Shown here one piece after another: positions 1 through 10,658 of a stretch of DNA of 64,000 nt. The DNA comes from an uncultured Bacilli bacterium (lineage in GTDB: Bacteria > Bacillota_I > Bacilli_A > RF39 > UBA660): positions 68,383-132,382 of the forward strand of contig CAKOMR010000002.1 in assembly GCA_934096705.1 (NCBI GenBank), in the 5' to 3' direction. The notes beneath the pieces are model-generated. The model searched no databases and was not told the origin of the DNA. It was given only the letters and a program-made list of their open reading frames with translations. The position numbers were made by a program, and so were the translations under genes. Numbering within the stretch: position 1 is the first letter of the stretch; the number at the start of each line of letters is the position of its first letter.

Positions 1-41
1 GGGTATGAACCGGATGCTCTAGCCAGCTGAGCTACATCGCC
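1..41 (-). tRNA. tRNA-Met (anticodon CAU), elongator-like, 5' part only (the rest is off the left edge)
   Basis: Reverse complement reads GGCGATG-TA-GCTC-AGCTGGCTA-GAGC-A-TCCGG-TTCATAC-CC..., giving acceptor, D-arm and an anticodon loop with CAT. G1 argues against an initiator. An Ile2 (lysidine) tRNA cannot be excluded. Confidence 0.8.
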
Positions 42-147
42 ATGAAAACTAGATATATTTTAACAAACTTTTTTTAAAATATCAAGTGTTTATTGTTTTA
101 TATTTTTGATTATAGTATAATAATAAAAGAGAATAGGGTGAATAGTT

Positions 148-1074
148 ATGGCTAGAAAAAAAGTTAATCTTGATGTTAGTCCACTTGAATCAGTAACAAT
201 AGGAAGAACTGATAAAAGAAAACATAGTTGGATTGGAACAGTTGTACTTTTTGTATTATTTATATTAATTATATATTTTTTACCAGATATACAAAAAGCT
301 TATAGAGAATATTTATATAATAAAGCTTTTAGTAACAATACTACGAATATTGATCCATCACAAGGTGATAATAAAACTGGTAATGAAGTAATTAATAATA
401 CAGTTATTAAAGATAATCAAATATTTTCTATTGATAGTAATTCTAATATAACTATTGATAATACAGTTTTTAGTAATCTTAAGTATAATGAAAATAATAT
501 ATCTTTTGAAGCAACAAATAATGATGAAAAAGAATTGAATTTATCAGATAGTGGGTACTTTTTAAGATTATATGATGATAACAATATAATAAAAACAATT
601 AAAATTAATGGTGTAATTAGTGCTGATGCGAGTAAATCTTTTGGTTATTTAATTGATGTACAACCAAAAAGATATAGTATAGTTAAATTGTCAGAAAAAG
701 ACTATGATTTAATAATGTTAAATGTAGATAGTGAAAATAGGGCTAGTTTAACATGTTCTAATACGAATGAAACAATAGTTTATTATTTTCAAGATGATTC
801 GCTTTACAAACTTGAAGATAATGTTGTTTATGAAACATCAAATGCAAACTATAGTGAGATGTATAGTAAATATACCTCATATGTTAATTCTTATAGTGGT
901 AAACCTGGTATTGAAACTTCATTATCAAGTAATAGTTTAAGACTAAATTTTACTCTTTCTATTGATTATTTGCAATTTTATCAAAAAATTGATAACATAT
1001 ATTATTATGAAAAGGATACAAGTCCAATTAAAATAAATTATGAAATGAATGCAATGTTTTTTGATTGCAAATAG
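148..1074 (+). CDS. hypothetical membrane-anchored protein (single N-terminal TM, Asn/Ser-rich remainder)
   Basis: 308-aa ORF with an AGGGTG RBS upstream and the TM segment WIGTVVLFVLFILIIYFL. No family recognised. Confidence 0.6.
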   Translation: MARKKVNLDVSPLESVTIGRTDKRKHSWIGTVVLFVLFILIIYFLPDIQKAYREYLYNKAFSNNTTNIDPSQGDNKTGNEVINNTVIKDNQIFSIDSNSNITIDNTVFSNLKYNENNISFEATNNDEKELNLSDSGYFLRLYDDNNIIKTIKINGVISADASKSFGYLIDVQPKRYSIVKLSEKDYDLIMLNVDSENRASLTCSNTNETIVYYFQDDSLYKLEDNVVYETSNANYSEMYSKYTSYVNSYSGKPGIETSLSSNSLRLNFTLSIDYLQFYQKIDNIYYYEKDTSPIKINYEMNAMFFDCK

Positions 1075-1082
1075 GGAGTTAT

Positions 1083-1799
1083 ATGAATTTTAACATTAAA
1101 GATTTTACAGGACCACTTGATTTATTACTTCATATGGTAAAAAAACATGAACTTAATATATATGAAGTAGATTTAAAAGATATTATTGATGAATATATTG
1201 ATTTTATTAATACATTAGATAAAAATGATTTAGATAACAAAAGTGAATATTTAGTAATGGCATCAGAATTAATTCATTTGAAAAGCAAAATTATACTTGG
1301 TTTCGATGATGAAGAAGATGATAGCAATTACGAAATTAATAGTGAGGAAGATTTAAGAAATAGGTTGATTGAATATGAGAAATATCAAACTATAACGAAT
1401 GATTTTAGAGATTTAGAAAAAAATAGGCAATCATACTACACTAAATTACCAGAAAGTTTAAAAGAGTATGCTGAAGACGATAAACTTATGTATGGTTCTT
1501 GCAGTCTTGATGATCTTGTTAATGCCATTTTAGAGATTAGTGAAAGAATTGAATATAAAAAGCCAAGAATTACAAAAATAACTAAAAAAGAATATAGTGT
1601 AAAAGATAAAATTTCATATATAAAAGATATTTTAAATAAGAAAAAAAAGATTGAGTTTACAAAACTTTTTTCTGAATTTAGTAAAGAAGAAGTTGTTGTA
1701 ACTTTTTTAAGTGTTTTAGAAATGTGCAAGGATAATCTAATTACCTTGTCTCAAAGTGGAAATTTTAGTAAAATATATGTAGAGGTAAAAGATGAATAA
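1083..1799 (+). CDS. scpA: segregation and condensation protein A (ScpA kleisin)
   Basis: N-terminus FTGPLDLLLHMVKKHELNIYEVDLKDIIDEY is the typical ScpA motif, and scpB follows. ATG at 1083 sits behind a GGGAG RBS; the ORF track starts at 1065. Confidence 0.9.
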   Translation: MNFNIKDFTGPLDLLLHMVKKHELNIYEVDLKDIIDEYIDFINTLDKNDLDNKSEYLVMASELIHLKSKIILGFDDEEDDSNYEINSEEDLRNRLIEYEKYQTITNDFRDLEKNRQSYYTKLPESLKEYAEDDKLMYGSCSLDDLVNAILEISERIEYKKPRITKITKKEYSVKDKISYIKDILNKKKKIEFTKLFSEFSKEEVVVTFLSVLEMCKDNLITLSQSGNFSKIYVEVKDE

Positions 1800-2355
1800 A
1801 TTAGCAATTTTAGAAGGCCTTCTTTTTGTTGTTGGTGATGATGGAATTACTATTGAAGAAATATGTAGTGTTATGAACATAAATGAAAAAGAAGCTCAAA
1901 AATTATTAAAGCAACTACAAACTGAATATGAAAAAGAAACAAGGGGAATTAGAATTAGTTATTTATCTAATTCTTTTAAACTTACTTCAAAAAAAGAACA
2001 TATTGAGTATTATCAAAAATTATTAAAAGATACTACTTCTTCAAATATACTAAGTCAAGCAGCACTTGAAACACTTGCAATTATAGCATATAACGAGCCA
2101 ATAACCAGGGCAGGTGTAGATAGTTTAAGAGGTATTTCATCATCTTTTATGATAAAAAAACTAATGGCAAAGGATTTAATTAAAGTATGTGGAAAAAGTG
2201 AACTTCCGGGGCACCCTAATTTATATAGAACTACTAGAGAGTTTTTAGATTATTTTGGACTTGCTTCAATAAATGATTTGCCAGAAATTAAAATTGATAC
2301 AGCAAATGATGGTGAGGAAATAGATTTGTATAAAAGTACTTATAAAGAAAGTTAA
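1792..2355 (+). CDS. scpB: segregation and condensation protein B (ScpB)
   Basis: LEGLLFVVGDDGITIEE...ALETLAIIAYNEPITRAGVDSLRG winged-helix motifs. Start overlaps the scpA stop. Confidence 0.9.
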   Translation: MNKLAILEGLLFVVGDDGITIEEICSVMNINEKEAQKLLKQLQTEYEKETRGIRISYLSNSFKLTSKKEHIEYYQKLLKDTTSSNILSQAALETLAIIAYNEPITRAGVDSLRGISSSFMIKKLMAKDLIKVCGKSELPGHPNLYRTTREFLDYFGLASINDLPEIKIDTANDGEEIDLYKSTYKES

Positions 2356-2370
2356 AACAAAGGTGAATTT

Positions 2371-4194
2371 ATGTGTGGAATAGTGGGTTTTATAAATAAT
2401 AAACCAGAAAAAGAAACAATTATTAAAAAAATGTCTAAGAAAATTGAACATAGAGGTCCCGATGGTGAAGGATTTTATATAGATGACAAATGTGCATTAG
2501 CACATAGAAGGCTAGCAATAATTGATTTAAATACAGGAAAACAACCAATTTATAATGAAGATGAATCAGTTGTAATTGTTTATAATGGTGAGGTATATAA
2601 TTTTCAAGAATTACGTGATGCTTTAGAAAAGAAAAATCATGTATTTAAAACTAAAACAGATACTGAAGTTATTATTCATGGATATGAAGAATGGGGTTAT
2701 GATGTAGCAAAACATTTAAGAGGCATGTTTAGTTTTGCTATATGGGATAAAAATAAGAATGAATTATTTTTAGCTCGTGATGGATTTGGAATTAAACCAC
2801 TTTATTATGGCCTTTTTAATGATACATTTATGTTTTCTTCAGAACCTAAAGCTTTTTTAGCTAACCCGGATTTTGATAAAAAATTAAATGAAAATATTTT
2901 ATCTGCGTACTTATGTTTTAATTCAGTACCAACATCAGAAACGTTTTTTAAAGGCGTTTTTAGGTTAGAGCCAGGTTCATATTTGTTATATAAAGAAGGA
3001 AAAATCGAAATTAAAAGTTTTTTTAGGCTTAATTTTGATGAGAAAAATAATTCCATGGAAGATATTACTAAAGATATAACAAAAGCAATGGAAAATTCTG
3101 TTAAATATCATCAAATAAGTGATGTTGAAGTAGGTTCTTTTTTATCAAGTGGAATAGATTCTTCTTATATAGTTTCTCTTGCAAAGCCTGATAAGACATT
3201 TACCGTTGGATATGATAATCCTAAATTTGATGAAATCAAATATGCCAAAGATTTATCAAATAAATTAAATATTAAAAACTATTCAAAAAAAATAACTATG
3301 GATGAATATATTGATGCTTTTCCTAAAATACAATATTATATGGATGAACCACTTGCAGACCCTTCTGCTATAGCATTATATTTTGTTTCTGAAATCGCAT
3401 CTAAAAAAGTTAAGGTTGTACTTTCTGGAGAAGGTGCTGATGAATTATTTGCTGGTTATAATTCATATCAACAGGAACTTTCTATGCACTGGTATATGCG
3501 CATTCCATATTTTATAAGACATGGTATATCCTTAATTGCTGGATTATTTCCAGATGCTAAAGGATTTAACTTTCTTTATCGAAGAGGCCAAAAACTCGAA
3601 AATTATAATATTGGTCTTGGTAGAGTATTTTGGGATAAAGAAGCAAATAGTATAGTTAAATTAAAAAATCAAATAAAAACTAAAGATATAGTAAAAAAGG
3701 TTTATAAAGATTATGAAAATAATTCAACATTAGTCCAAAGACAAGCAATCGATTATTACTATTGGCTTGTAAATGATTTTTTACATGCAGTAGATAGAAA
3801 TACAATGATGTTTGGCCTTGAGGCAAGAACGCCATTTTTAGACAAAAAAGTTTATGAAGTAGCAAGAAAATTGCCTAGCTATGCAAAAATTAATAAAAAT
3901 ACAACGAAAGTTGCATTAAGAAAGGCTGCTCAAGGTGTTATTCCAACTGAGGCGTATAAAAAGAAAAAATTAGGCTTTCCAGTACCTTTGAAAGAATGGA
4001 TTAAAACTGATAAACTTTATAATTTAATAAAAGAAAAATTTGAAAGCGATAATGCTAAGAAATTTTTTGATACAAGAAAAATATTAAAACTTTTAGATAA
4101 TCATAAAAATGGTAAAAAAGATAATTATAAAAAAATATGGACTATATATACTTTTTTAGTTTGGTATGACATATATTTTAATCAAAATGATTAG
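2371..4194 (+). CDS. asnB: asparagine synthase (glutamine-hydrolysing)
   Basis: MCGIVGF N-terminal nucleophile, Ntn amidotransferase domain, and SGEGADELFAGY / SSGIDSS synthetase motifs. 607 aa. Confidence 0.9.
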   Translation: MCGIVGFINNKPEKETIIKKMSKKIEHRGPDGEGFYIDDKCALAHRRLAIIDLNTGKQPIYNEDESVVIVYNGEVYNFQELRDALEKKNHVFKTKTDTEVIIHGYEEWGYDVAKHLRGMFSFAIWDKNKNELFLARDGFGIKPLYYGLFNDTFMFSSEPKAFLANPDFDKKLNENILSAYLCFNSVPTSETFFKGVFRLEPGSYLLYKEGKIEIKSFFRLNFDEKNNSMEDITKDITKAMENSVKYHQISDVEVGSFLSSGIDSSYIVSLAKPDKTFTVGYDNPKFDEIKYAKDLSNKLNIKNYSKKITMDEYIDAFPKIQYYMDEPLADPSAIALYFVSEIASKKVKVVLSGEGADELFAGYNSYQQELSMHWYMRIPYFIRHGISLIAGLFPDAKGFNFLYRRGQKLENYNIGLGRVFWDKEANSIVKLKNQIKTKDIVKKVYKDYENNSTLVQRQAIDYYYWLVNDFLHAVDRNTMMFGLEARTPFLDKKVYEVARKLPSYAKINKNTTKVALRKAAQGVIPTEAYKKKKLGFPVPLKEWIKTDKLYNLIKEKFESDNAKKFFDTRKILKLLDNHKNGKKDNYKKIWTIYTFLVWYDIYFNQND

Positions 4195-4208
4195 AAAGGA
4201 AAATACAA

Positions 4209-5570
4209 ATGATAAATATAAAAACTGATTCAAGAAAAGTACAAAAAGGGGATACGTTTGTAGCAATAAAAGGTGCTACCGTTGATGGACATGATTATAT
4301 TGAAAGTGCTATTAAAAATGGTGCTACTAAGATAATATGTGAACATGGAAATTATGCTGTTGATACATTGATAGTTTCTGATACAAAAGAGTATTTACAA
4401 AACTACATAGTAAATAATTTTAAAGATGAAGTAAACAAACTAGATATAATAGGCATTACTGGTACAAATGGTAAAACTACCACAAGTTATTTAACATATC
4501 AAATGCTTAATAAACTCGGTATTAAGGCAGCATATATTGGTACTATTGGATTTTATATTAATAATGATATAAGGGAGCTTCCAAATACGACACCAGAAAT
4601 ACTTGAAATATACTCAATGCTTATTGAAGCACTTGAAAAAGGTTGCAAAGCTGTTGTTATGGAAGTTTCATCTCATGCTTTATCATTAAAAAGAGTTGAA
4701 GGATTAAACTTTAAGATTGAAGCCTTTACAAATCTTACTGAAGATCATTTAGACTATCATAAAACTATGGATAATTATCTTGAAGCTAAACTTAAAATAT
4801 TAAATCAATTAAAGACTAATGGAACTATTATTGTAAATAATGATGATGAATATGGAAAGTATTTTAAACAAAAGAATTTCAAAACTATTGGTTTTAATGA
4901 ATCAAATTATCAAATAATAAATTATGAAAATGATACTATTGGTACAACTATTAACTTTAAGTATGATAATGATGTTTTTTGTGTTAAAACAAATTTAAGG
5001 GGAAAATTTAATGTATACAATTATATGACAACTTTTGCTATAGTAAATACATACGGATTTAGTCTTAATGAAATAATTTCTATTACGAAAAGTATTTATC
5101 CACCAAAAGGAAGATGTGAACAAGTTGTCGTTCGTGATGCTGAAGCAATTATAGATTATGCTCATACACCAGATGCAGTTGAAAAAATTATAAATTCATT
5201 TTTAGAAAATAAAAAGGGAAGAATAATTACTATTGTTGGTTGTGGTGGTGATAGGGATCCGATGAAAAGACCGATTATGGGAAAAATAGCTACAGAAAAA
5301 AGTGATTATGTAATATTTACAAATGATAATCCTCGTACTGAGGATCCAAACGCTATTATGAATGATATTATAGCGGGTGTATCAAAAGATAATTATGAAA
5401 TTATTTTAGATAGAAAAAATGCGATTAACAAGGGTCTTAGTTTACTTAAAACAAATGATACATTATTGATTTTAGGTAAAGGTCATGAAGACTATCAAAT
5501 AATTGGTCATGAAAAACATCACCTTGATGATAAAGAAATTGTATTAGAATATTTAAAAAGCCTAGATTAA
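4209..5570 (+). CDS. murE: UDP-N-acetylmuramoyl-L-alanyl-D-glutamate--2,6-diaminopimelate ligase (MurE)
   Basis: GITGTNGKTTT P-loop and Mur ligase middle and C-terminal domains. The DNPRTEDP (DNPR) motif is associated with meso-DAP-adding MurE. Confidence 0.88.
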   Translation: MINIKTDSRKVQKGDTFVAIKGATVDGHDYIESAIKNGATKIICEHGNYAVDTLIVSDTKEYLQNYIVNNFKDEVNKLDIIGITGTNGKTTTSYLTYQMLNKLGIKAAYIGTIGFYINNDIRELPNTTPEILEIYSMLIEALEKGCKAVVMEVSSHALSLKRVEGLNFKIEAFTNLTEDHLDYHKTMDNYLEAKLKILNQLKTNGTIIVNNDDEYGKYFKQKNFKTIGFNESNYQIINYENDTIGTTINFKYDNDVFCVKTNLRGKFNVYNYMTTFAIVNTYGFSLNEIISITKSIYPPKGRCEQVVVRDAEAIIDYAHTPDAVEKIINSFLENKKGRIITIVGCGGDRDPMKRPIMGKIATEKSDYVIFTNDNPRTEDPNAIMNDIIAGVSKDNYEIILDRKNAINKGLSLLKTNDTLLILGKGHEDYQIIGHEKHHLDDKEIVLEYLKSLD

Positions 5571-5582
5571 AATTTAGGTGCG

Positions 5583-5591
5583 TGGTATAAT
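5583..5591 (+). promoter_or_regulatory. extended -10 element (TGgTATAAT), likely the tRNA-Leu promoter
   Basis: TGGTATAAT lies about 14 nt upstream of the mature tRNA 5' end. No good -35. Confidence 0.5.
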
Positions 5592-5604
5592 ATATATGTT
5601 GTTT

Positions 5605-5692
5605 GCTCGTATGGCGGAATTGGTAGACGCGATAGACTCAAAATCTATTTTTCCAAAAGAAAGTATCGGTTCGACCCCGATTACGAGCACCA
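5605..5692 (+). tRNA. tRNA-Leu (anticodon CAA), class II with long variable arm, CCA encoded
   Basis: Acceptor GCTCGTA/TACGAGC, anticodon stem ATAGA/TCTAT with loop CTCAAAA, long variable arm, T-arm ATCGG-TTCGACC-CCGAT, 3' ACCA. Confidence 0.93.
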
Positions 5693-5706
5693 ATATAATA
5701 TAATAG

Positions 5707-5730
5707 GGACAACAGCGTGTCCTTTTTTTT
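5707..5730 (+). terminator. intrinsic terminator after tRNA-Leu
   Basis: GGACA-acagcg-TGTCC hairpin followed by T8. Confidence 0.7.
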
Positions 5731-5765
5731 AACTGTAAATTATGCTAAAATATTGATGGAGGATT

Positions 5766-6851
5766 ATGGATAAACTTATCAAGAATATACTTAAGAAAAT
5801 AGAAAGTGAAGGATATGAAGCCTATGTAGTAGGTGGTTTTGTTCGTGACTCTTTACTTAAGAAAAATTCTTTTGATGTAGATATTTGTACTAATGCAAAA
5901 CCTAAAGACTTAGTAAATTTTTTAAGCATTAAACAAAGTACAAATAGTTATGGTGGTTTTAATATTAAAATTAAAAACTATAATATTGATATTACAACAT
6001 ATAGAAAAGAGAAAAAATATGATAAGCGTCATCCTGTGGAAATTGAATATGTAAATAATTTATTCGAAGATATAAAACGTAGAGATTTTACCATTAATTC
6101 TATTTGCATGGATAAAAATGATAAACTGATAGATTTATTAAATGGAAAAGAAGATATAAAAAATAAAATAGTACGTTCAATTGGATGCGCTAATGATAAA
6201 TTTTCAGAAGACCCATTAAGAATGCTTAGAGCAATTAGATTTGCCGCTATACTTGACTTTAAAATTGAAGAAAATACTTATGAAGCAATAAAAGAAAATG
6301 CTCAATTAGTTACAACTTTAAGTCCTATACGTATTAAAGAAGAGCTTACAAAAATATTAAGTAGTAAAAACTTTTTAAAAGGACTAAAGCTACTTGATGA
6401 TACTAAGATTAGTACATATATAGGACTTAAATACGATGATGTTGTATTTACTATGGATATACTTGGAATGTGGTCTCAAATCGATATTAATAAAGCAGAA
6501 TTTACAAAAGAAGAAAAAGAAAATATATCAAAAGTTAAAGAAATAATTATATCAAAAAAAATAAATAATTTTACATTGTTTAATTATGGACTATATTTAT
6601 CTTATGTTGCTGGTGAGGTTTTAAAAGTAAATAAACAGACTATTAACAAAATATATAAATCAATGCCAATAAAAAGTATGAAAGACATTGATATATCAGG
6701 TAAAGAAATAATGCAAATTTTAAATATTGAACCATGTAAGTTAATTAGTGAAATTATGAATGATTTAAAAATCAAAATATTAAAAAATGAATTAAAAAAT
6801 AAAAAAAATGAATTAAAAAAATACATTTTAGGGAAGTATAAAAATGAATAA
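5766..6851 (+). CDS. cca: CCA-adding enzyme / tRNA nucleotidyltransferase (PolyA polymerase family)
   Basis: VVGGFVRDSLL...DVDI nucleotidyltransferase motif, and RRDFTINS and EDPLRMLRAIRFA motifs. Confidence 0.85.
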   Translation: MDKLIKNILKKIESEGYEAYVVGGFVRDSLLKKNSFDVDICTNAKPKDLVNFLSIKQSTNSYGGFNIKIKNYNIDITTYRKEKKYDKRHPVEIEYVNNLFEDIKRRDFTINSICMDKNDKLIDLLNGKEDIKNKIVRSIGCANDKFSEDPLRMLRAIRFAAILDFKIEENTYEAIKENAQLVTTLSPIRIKEELTKILSSKNFLKGLKLLDDTKISTYIGLKYDDVVFTMDILGMWSQIDINKAEFTKEEKENISKVKEIIISKKINNFTLFNYGLYLSYVAGEVLKVNKQTINKIYKSMPIKSMKDIDISGKEIMQILNIEPCKLISEIMNDLKIKILKNELKNKKNELKKYILGKYKNE

Positions 6852-7485
6852 AGATAATAAAAAATTTGTAGTAGAAACTTTATTTTTAAAAGAAGCGTTA
6901 AAATACAATTTAACATTAAAAGAGTTTTTAATTTTAATGTATTTTGATAATGATTATGATTTAGTATTTGATGTAAAAAAAGTATCTAAAGCTATATGTC
7001 TTTCTGAAGAAGATACATTAATAGCATTTGAAAGCTTATTAACAAAAAGATTAATTAAATTAAGTTCAGTTAAAAATGAAAGTGGAAAATTGATTGATAA
7101 AATATCTTTAGATAATTTCTATAATAGTTTAAAAGAATCAATAAATTTAGAAAAAGAAGAAAAAGATGAAAATAGTATTTTCTATAAATTTCAAGAAATA
7201 TTTGGCAAAAGTTTATCTGGCATGGACTATGAGATTATTAATGCTTGGTTATCAAAAGGATTTAGTAAAGAACTTATTTTAGAAGCCTTAAATGAAGCTA
7301 TAAAAAATAATGCTCCATCACTAAGATATATTGATAAAGTATTATTTGATTGGAATAAAAAAGGGTATAAATCTATAAATGATATAAAAAAATATAATAA
7401 ATCAGAAAATAATTATTACACTGAAGAACAAAATTTTGAAAGTAGTGTATTTGATTATAATTGGTTAGATGATGATGAAAATTAA
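6844..7485 (+). CDS. dnaD: DnaD-domain replication initiation / membrane attachment protein
   Basis: C-terminal DnaD/DnaB_2 motif YEIINAWL...LILEALNEAIKNNAPSLRYIDKVLFDWNKKG. Sits directly upstream of nth, as in Bacillus. Confidence 0.8.
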   Translation: MNKDNKKFVVETLFLKEALKYNLTLKEFLILMYFDNDYDLVFDVKKVSKAICLSEEDTLIAFESLLTKRLIKLSSVKNESGKLIDKISLDNFYNSLKESINLEKEEKDENSIFYKFQEIFGKSLSGMDYEIINAWLSKGFSKELILEALNEAIKNNAPSLRYIDKVLFDWNKKGYKSINDIKKYNKSENNYYTEEQNFESSVFDYNWLDDDEN

Positions 7486-8095
7486 TGATTTAAGAGAAAA
7501 ATTAGATTTTTATATTCCAGATCCTAAATGTGAATTAAATTACAATAAGGATTATGAATTACTAATTGCAGTCATGTTATCGGCTCAGTGTACAGACAAG
7601 CGAGTTAATGAAGTCACACCAATACTTTTTAAACATACTTTACATGAACTTGCAAATTTAGATATTAAAACATTAGAAAAAATAATTAAGCCTTTAGGCT
7701 CTTATCATAAAAAGGCCATCTTTATAAAAGAAGATGCAAAAATTATTTTAAACGAATATGGCGGAATTGTACCTGATAATCGAGAAATGCTTGAGCGTAT
7801 GCCCGGCATTGGTAGAAAGTGTTCAAATGTGATTCTATCTGAACTATTTGATGTGCCTACGATTGCAGTTGACACACATGTTGAAAGAGTTGCTAAAAGA
7901 CTTGGTTTGGCTAATCAAAAAGATTCTGTGTATGATGTAGAACAAAAACTTTTAAAAAAATTTAATGAAAATGAATACAATAAAATTAATCATCAATTAC
8001 TTTTGTTTGGTAGATATTATTGTAAAGCTAAAAACCCTTTATGTGATAATTGTAAAATGAATTGCAAGTATAAACAAACAAAAAAAATGCTCTAG
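7469..8095 (+). CDS. nth: endonuclease III (Nth)
   Basis: HhH-GPD motif LERMPGIGRKCSNVIL, catalytic AVDTHV, and a C-terminal 4Fe-4S cluster CxxxxxxCxxCxxxxxC. Three adjacent ATGs make the exact start ambiguous. Confidence 0.9.
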   Translation: MMMKINDLREKLDFYIPDPKCELNYNKDYELLIAVMLSAQCTDKRVNEVTPILFKHTLHELANLDIKTLEKIIKPLGSYHKKAIFIKEDAKIILNEYGGIVPDNREMLERMPGIGRKCSNVILSELFDVPTIAVDTHVERVAKRLGLANQKDSVYDVEQKLLKKFNENEYNKINHQLLLFGRYYCKAKNPLCDNCKMNCKYKQTKKML

Positions 8096-8105
8096 AGCAT
8101 TTTTT

Positions 8106-10658
8106 TTAGTTTAAACCAGTATCTTTATTATCATTATTTTTATTATCTTCGATAATGCCTGGAATATTTGTATCAGTATTAGTGTTAACATTGATTATCA
8201 AACTATCTGAAGCATTATTTTTGAACAATGAATAAGAAGATTTAATAATAAACTTGTAAGTCTTTCCTGGTTCTATAGTTTGTTTATATGTAGTTCCTTC
8301 AGTCCACGTTAGACTTTTTAACGTGCCATCATCATTTTGAATAAAAACGTCATAACCAATTTTTCCAATGTATGATTCATTATACTTTATTCTTTCTTCA
8401 TAATATTTTGTAGCAAATGTGCCATAATTATCATTGAAATAATTTTGTAAATAACTATTATTTATTGCATCTGGAGTAGATATTGCTGTCCAACTAAGAG
8501 TTACTTCACTTCCATTATAACTTGCTTTACCATTACTTGGAGATGCGAGTTTTGCATATCTATTAGATACTTCTGTAGGCTCTGTACCTTCTTTAAATAA
8601 TTCTGTAACTTTCATGTCTTCTGGAGTATTTTCTGAGGCAAGCATCAATGGAATTGTATATTTTTCAACTTCGACAGAAATAACGCTACTTGGTTTTTTA
8701 AATGTTTTATTTGTACTATAAATATTTTTAGAAAGTGCTTCCATAATTCTACTTCTTGCTGCCCAACCAGTTGTAGTATTCATGTAATGCTCTGCACTAT
8801 GTTCATCATATCCGTACCAAAGTGCAATAGCATATTCTGGATTATATGTAATATTCCATGAATCAGGGATTAAATCTGCTGGTAAGTTTTTAGCTTTTAA
8901 TGTAGCAGCATCAATATTTGTAGTACCAGTTTTACCAGCTACTTCTGTACCACTTATCTTTATGTTACCACTCCATGTATCATTAACAGCATTTACTAGT
9001 ACGTTTGTAATCATATACGAAGTTTCTTCACTTAAAACCTTTTCTTTAGAATATTTATTTTCATAAGTTGTACCATCTTCATAAATAACTTTTGTAAAAG
9101 AATATGGTTCAATATAGTATCCTCCACGGCCAAATACAGCATAAGCAGCACTCATTTCAAGTGGGTTAGTACCATTAAATCCACCGATAGACGCTGACTC
9201 ATATAAGGCAGGGCCGTAATTAATACCAACACTATGAACAAAGTTTTCTATTAAAGAAATATCTTTAGCTGCAACTTTTTGAAATGCTTGTAAAGCAGTA
9301 ATATTTCTTGATCCAACTAAAGCTTGTCTTAAAGAAATCATTCCTTGGTATTTTCTATCTGCATCATTTATTGATTGCCCAGTAGAGTATGAATATGGCT
9401 CATCAAAGAAATAATCTCCTGGAGAACCATTTAAATATTCAATATATGGTGCGTAGTCAAATAATGGTTTAGCAGTTGAACCTGGTTGACGATTTAATCC
9501 AGTTGCTCGATTTAAACCTCTTGCTTTATAATTTCTTCCACCAGATAGAGCAACTATTGAACCATCTGCTATAGAGGTTATTGCAGTTCCTTCTTGATCG
9601 TAATCGTTATAGTATTTAAATAATTCACCTTTTTCAAGCTTTACAAGAACATCTTGAACTTTTAAATCGAAAGTTGTATATATTTTCATTGCTTCAACTC
9701 TAGGATTCTTTTTAGTTTTTTCTATAACATCATTAATAACATAATCAATTAATACTTGATAGTTATTACTTGACACAACTTCTTCTTTATCAACAATCAT
9801 ACTTTCAATAGGAATAGCAAGTACTGCTTCTTTTTCCTCTTCAGTAATATATCCATGATTTACCATTAAGGTTAAAACTGTTTTTTGTCTTGCTTTACAT
9901 CCCTCTGGATTAGAATATGGATTATACCAACTCGGATTTTGATACATTCCAACAAGTAAGGTAGCCTCTGCTAAGTTTATATCTCTAACACTTTTTCCAA
10001 AGAAATATTGGCTTGCTTGTTCTATACCATAAATGCCACCAGTATTGATATTTCCAGTAGCATACCATAAAGAATTTGAATAAAATTCTAATATTTCTTC
10101 TTTTGTATATGAACTTTCAATTTTAAATACAGCCATATATATATCTGTAAATTTACGAATAATACCTTTGATACCTTCAGATTTATCATTAGTATAAGTT
10201 TTTTTTACAAGTTGCATTGTGATAGTAGAAGCACCACCTGCTTTAGACGAAACAAGTTGTCCTAAAGAGGCTTTTAAAAATCTTGCTATATCAAGTCCAT
10301 TGTGCTGAAAGAACCTTGAATCTTCGGTTGCAATTAATGCATCTATATATACCTGAGGTAAATCTTTATATTCAATAAGTTCTCGATTTTCTTGACCAAC
10401 TCTTGCAAATTCCATACCGTTTTTATCGTAAATTATAGTAGCCTCTTTTTTATAAAGTAAATTTTTATCAAAATTCGGAGCACTTATAATAATATATAAA
10501 ACAAATATTAATACAGCACTTGCACAAAATATTAGAAAGCCAAAAATGATTTCCCAGATAAATCCTTTTTTTCCTTTCTTTTTTATTTCTCCATTAATTT
10601 TACTTTTCATATTTGTATTAAAATTTTTAAGCTTTTTTTGAATTTTTAATTTTTTCAT
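8106..10658 (-). CDS. ponA: class A penicillin-binding protein (PBP1A/1B type, glycosyltransferase + transpeptidase)
   Basis: GT51 motifs ATEDSRFFQHNG and GASTITMQL, transpeptidase STAKP and KTGTT, and an N-terminal TM. Start overlaps the recU stop (ATGA). Confidence 0.92.
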   Translation of the reverse strand: MKKLKIQKKLKNFNTNMKSKINGEIKKKGKKGFIWEIIFGFLIFCASAVLIFVLYIIISAPNFDKNLLYKKEATIIYDKNGMEFARVGQENRELIEYKDLPQVYIDALIATEDSRFFQHNGLDIARFLKASLGQLVSSKAGGASTITMQLVKKTYTNDKSEGIKGIIRKFTDIYMAVFKIESSYTKEEILEFYSNSLWYATGNINTGGIYGIEQASQYFFGKSVRDINLAEATLLVGMYQNPSWYNPYSNPEGCKARQKTVLTLMVNHGYITEEEKEAVLAIPIESMIVDKEEVVSSNNYQVLIDYVINDVIEKTKKNPRVEAMKIYTTFDLKVQDVLVKLEKGELFKYYNDYDQEGTAITSIADGSIVALSGGRNYKARGLNRATGLNRQPGSTAKPLFDYAPYIEYLNGSPGDYFFDEPYSYSTGQSINDADRKYQGMISLRQALVGSRNITALQAFQKVAAKDISLIENFVHSVGINYGPALYESASIGGFNGTNPLEMSAAYAVFGRGGYYIEPYSFTKVIYEDGTTYENKYSKEKVLSEETSYMITNVLVNAVNDTWSGNIKISGTEVAGKTGTTNIDAATLKAKNLPADLIPDSWNITYNPEYAIALWYGYDEHSAEHYMNTTTGWAARSRIMEALSKNIYSTNKTFKKPSSVISVEVEKYTIPLMLASENTPEDMKVTELFKEGTEPTEVSNRYAKLASPSNGKASYNGSEVTLSWTAISTPDAINNSYLQNYFNDNYGTFATKYYEERIKYNESYIGKIGYDVFIQNDDGTLKSLTWTEGTTYKQTIEPGKTYKFIIKSSYSLFKNNASDSLIINVNTNTDTNIPGIIEDNKNNDNKDTGLN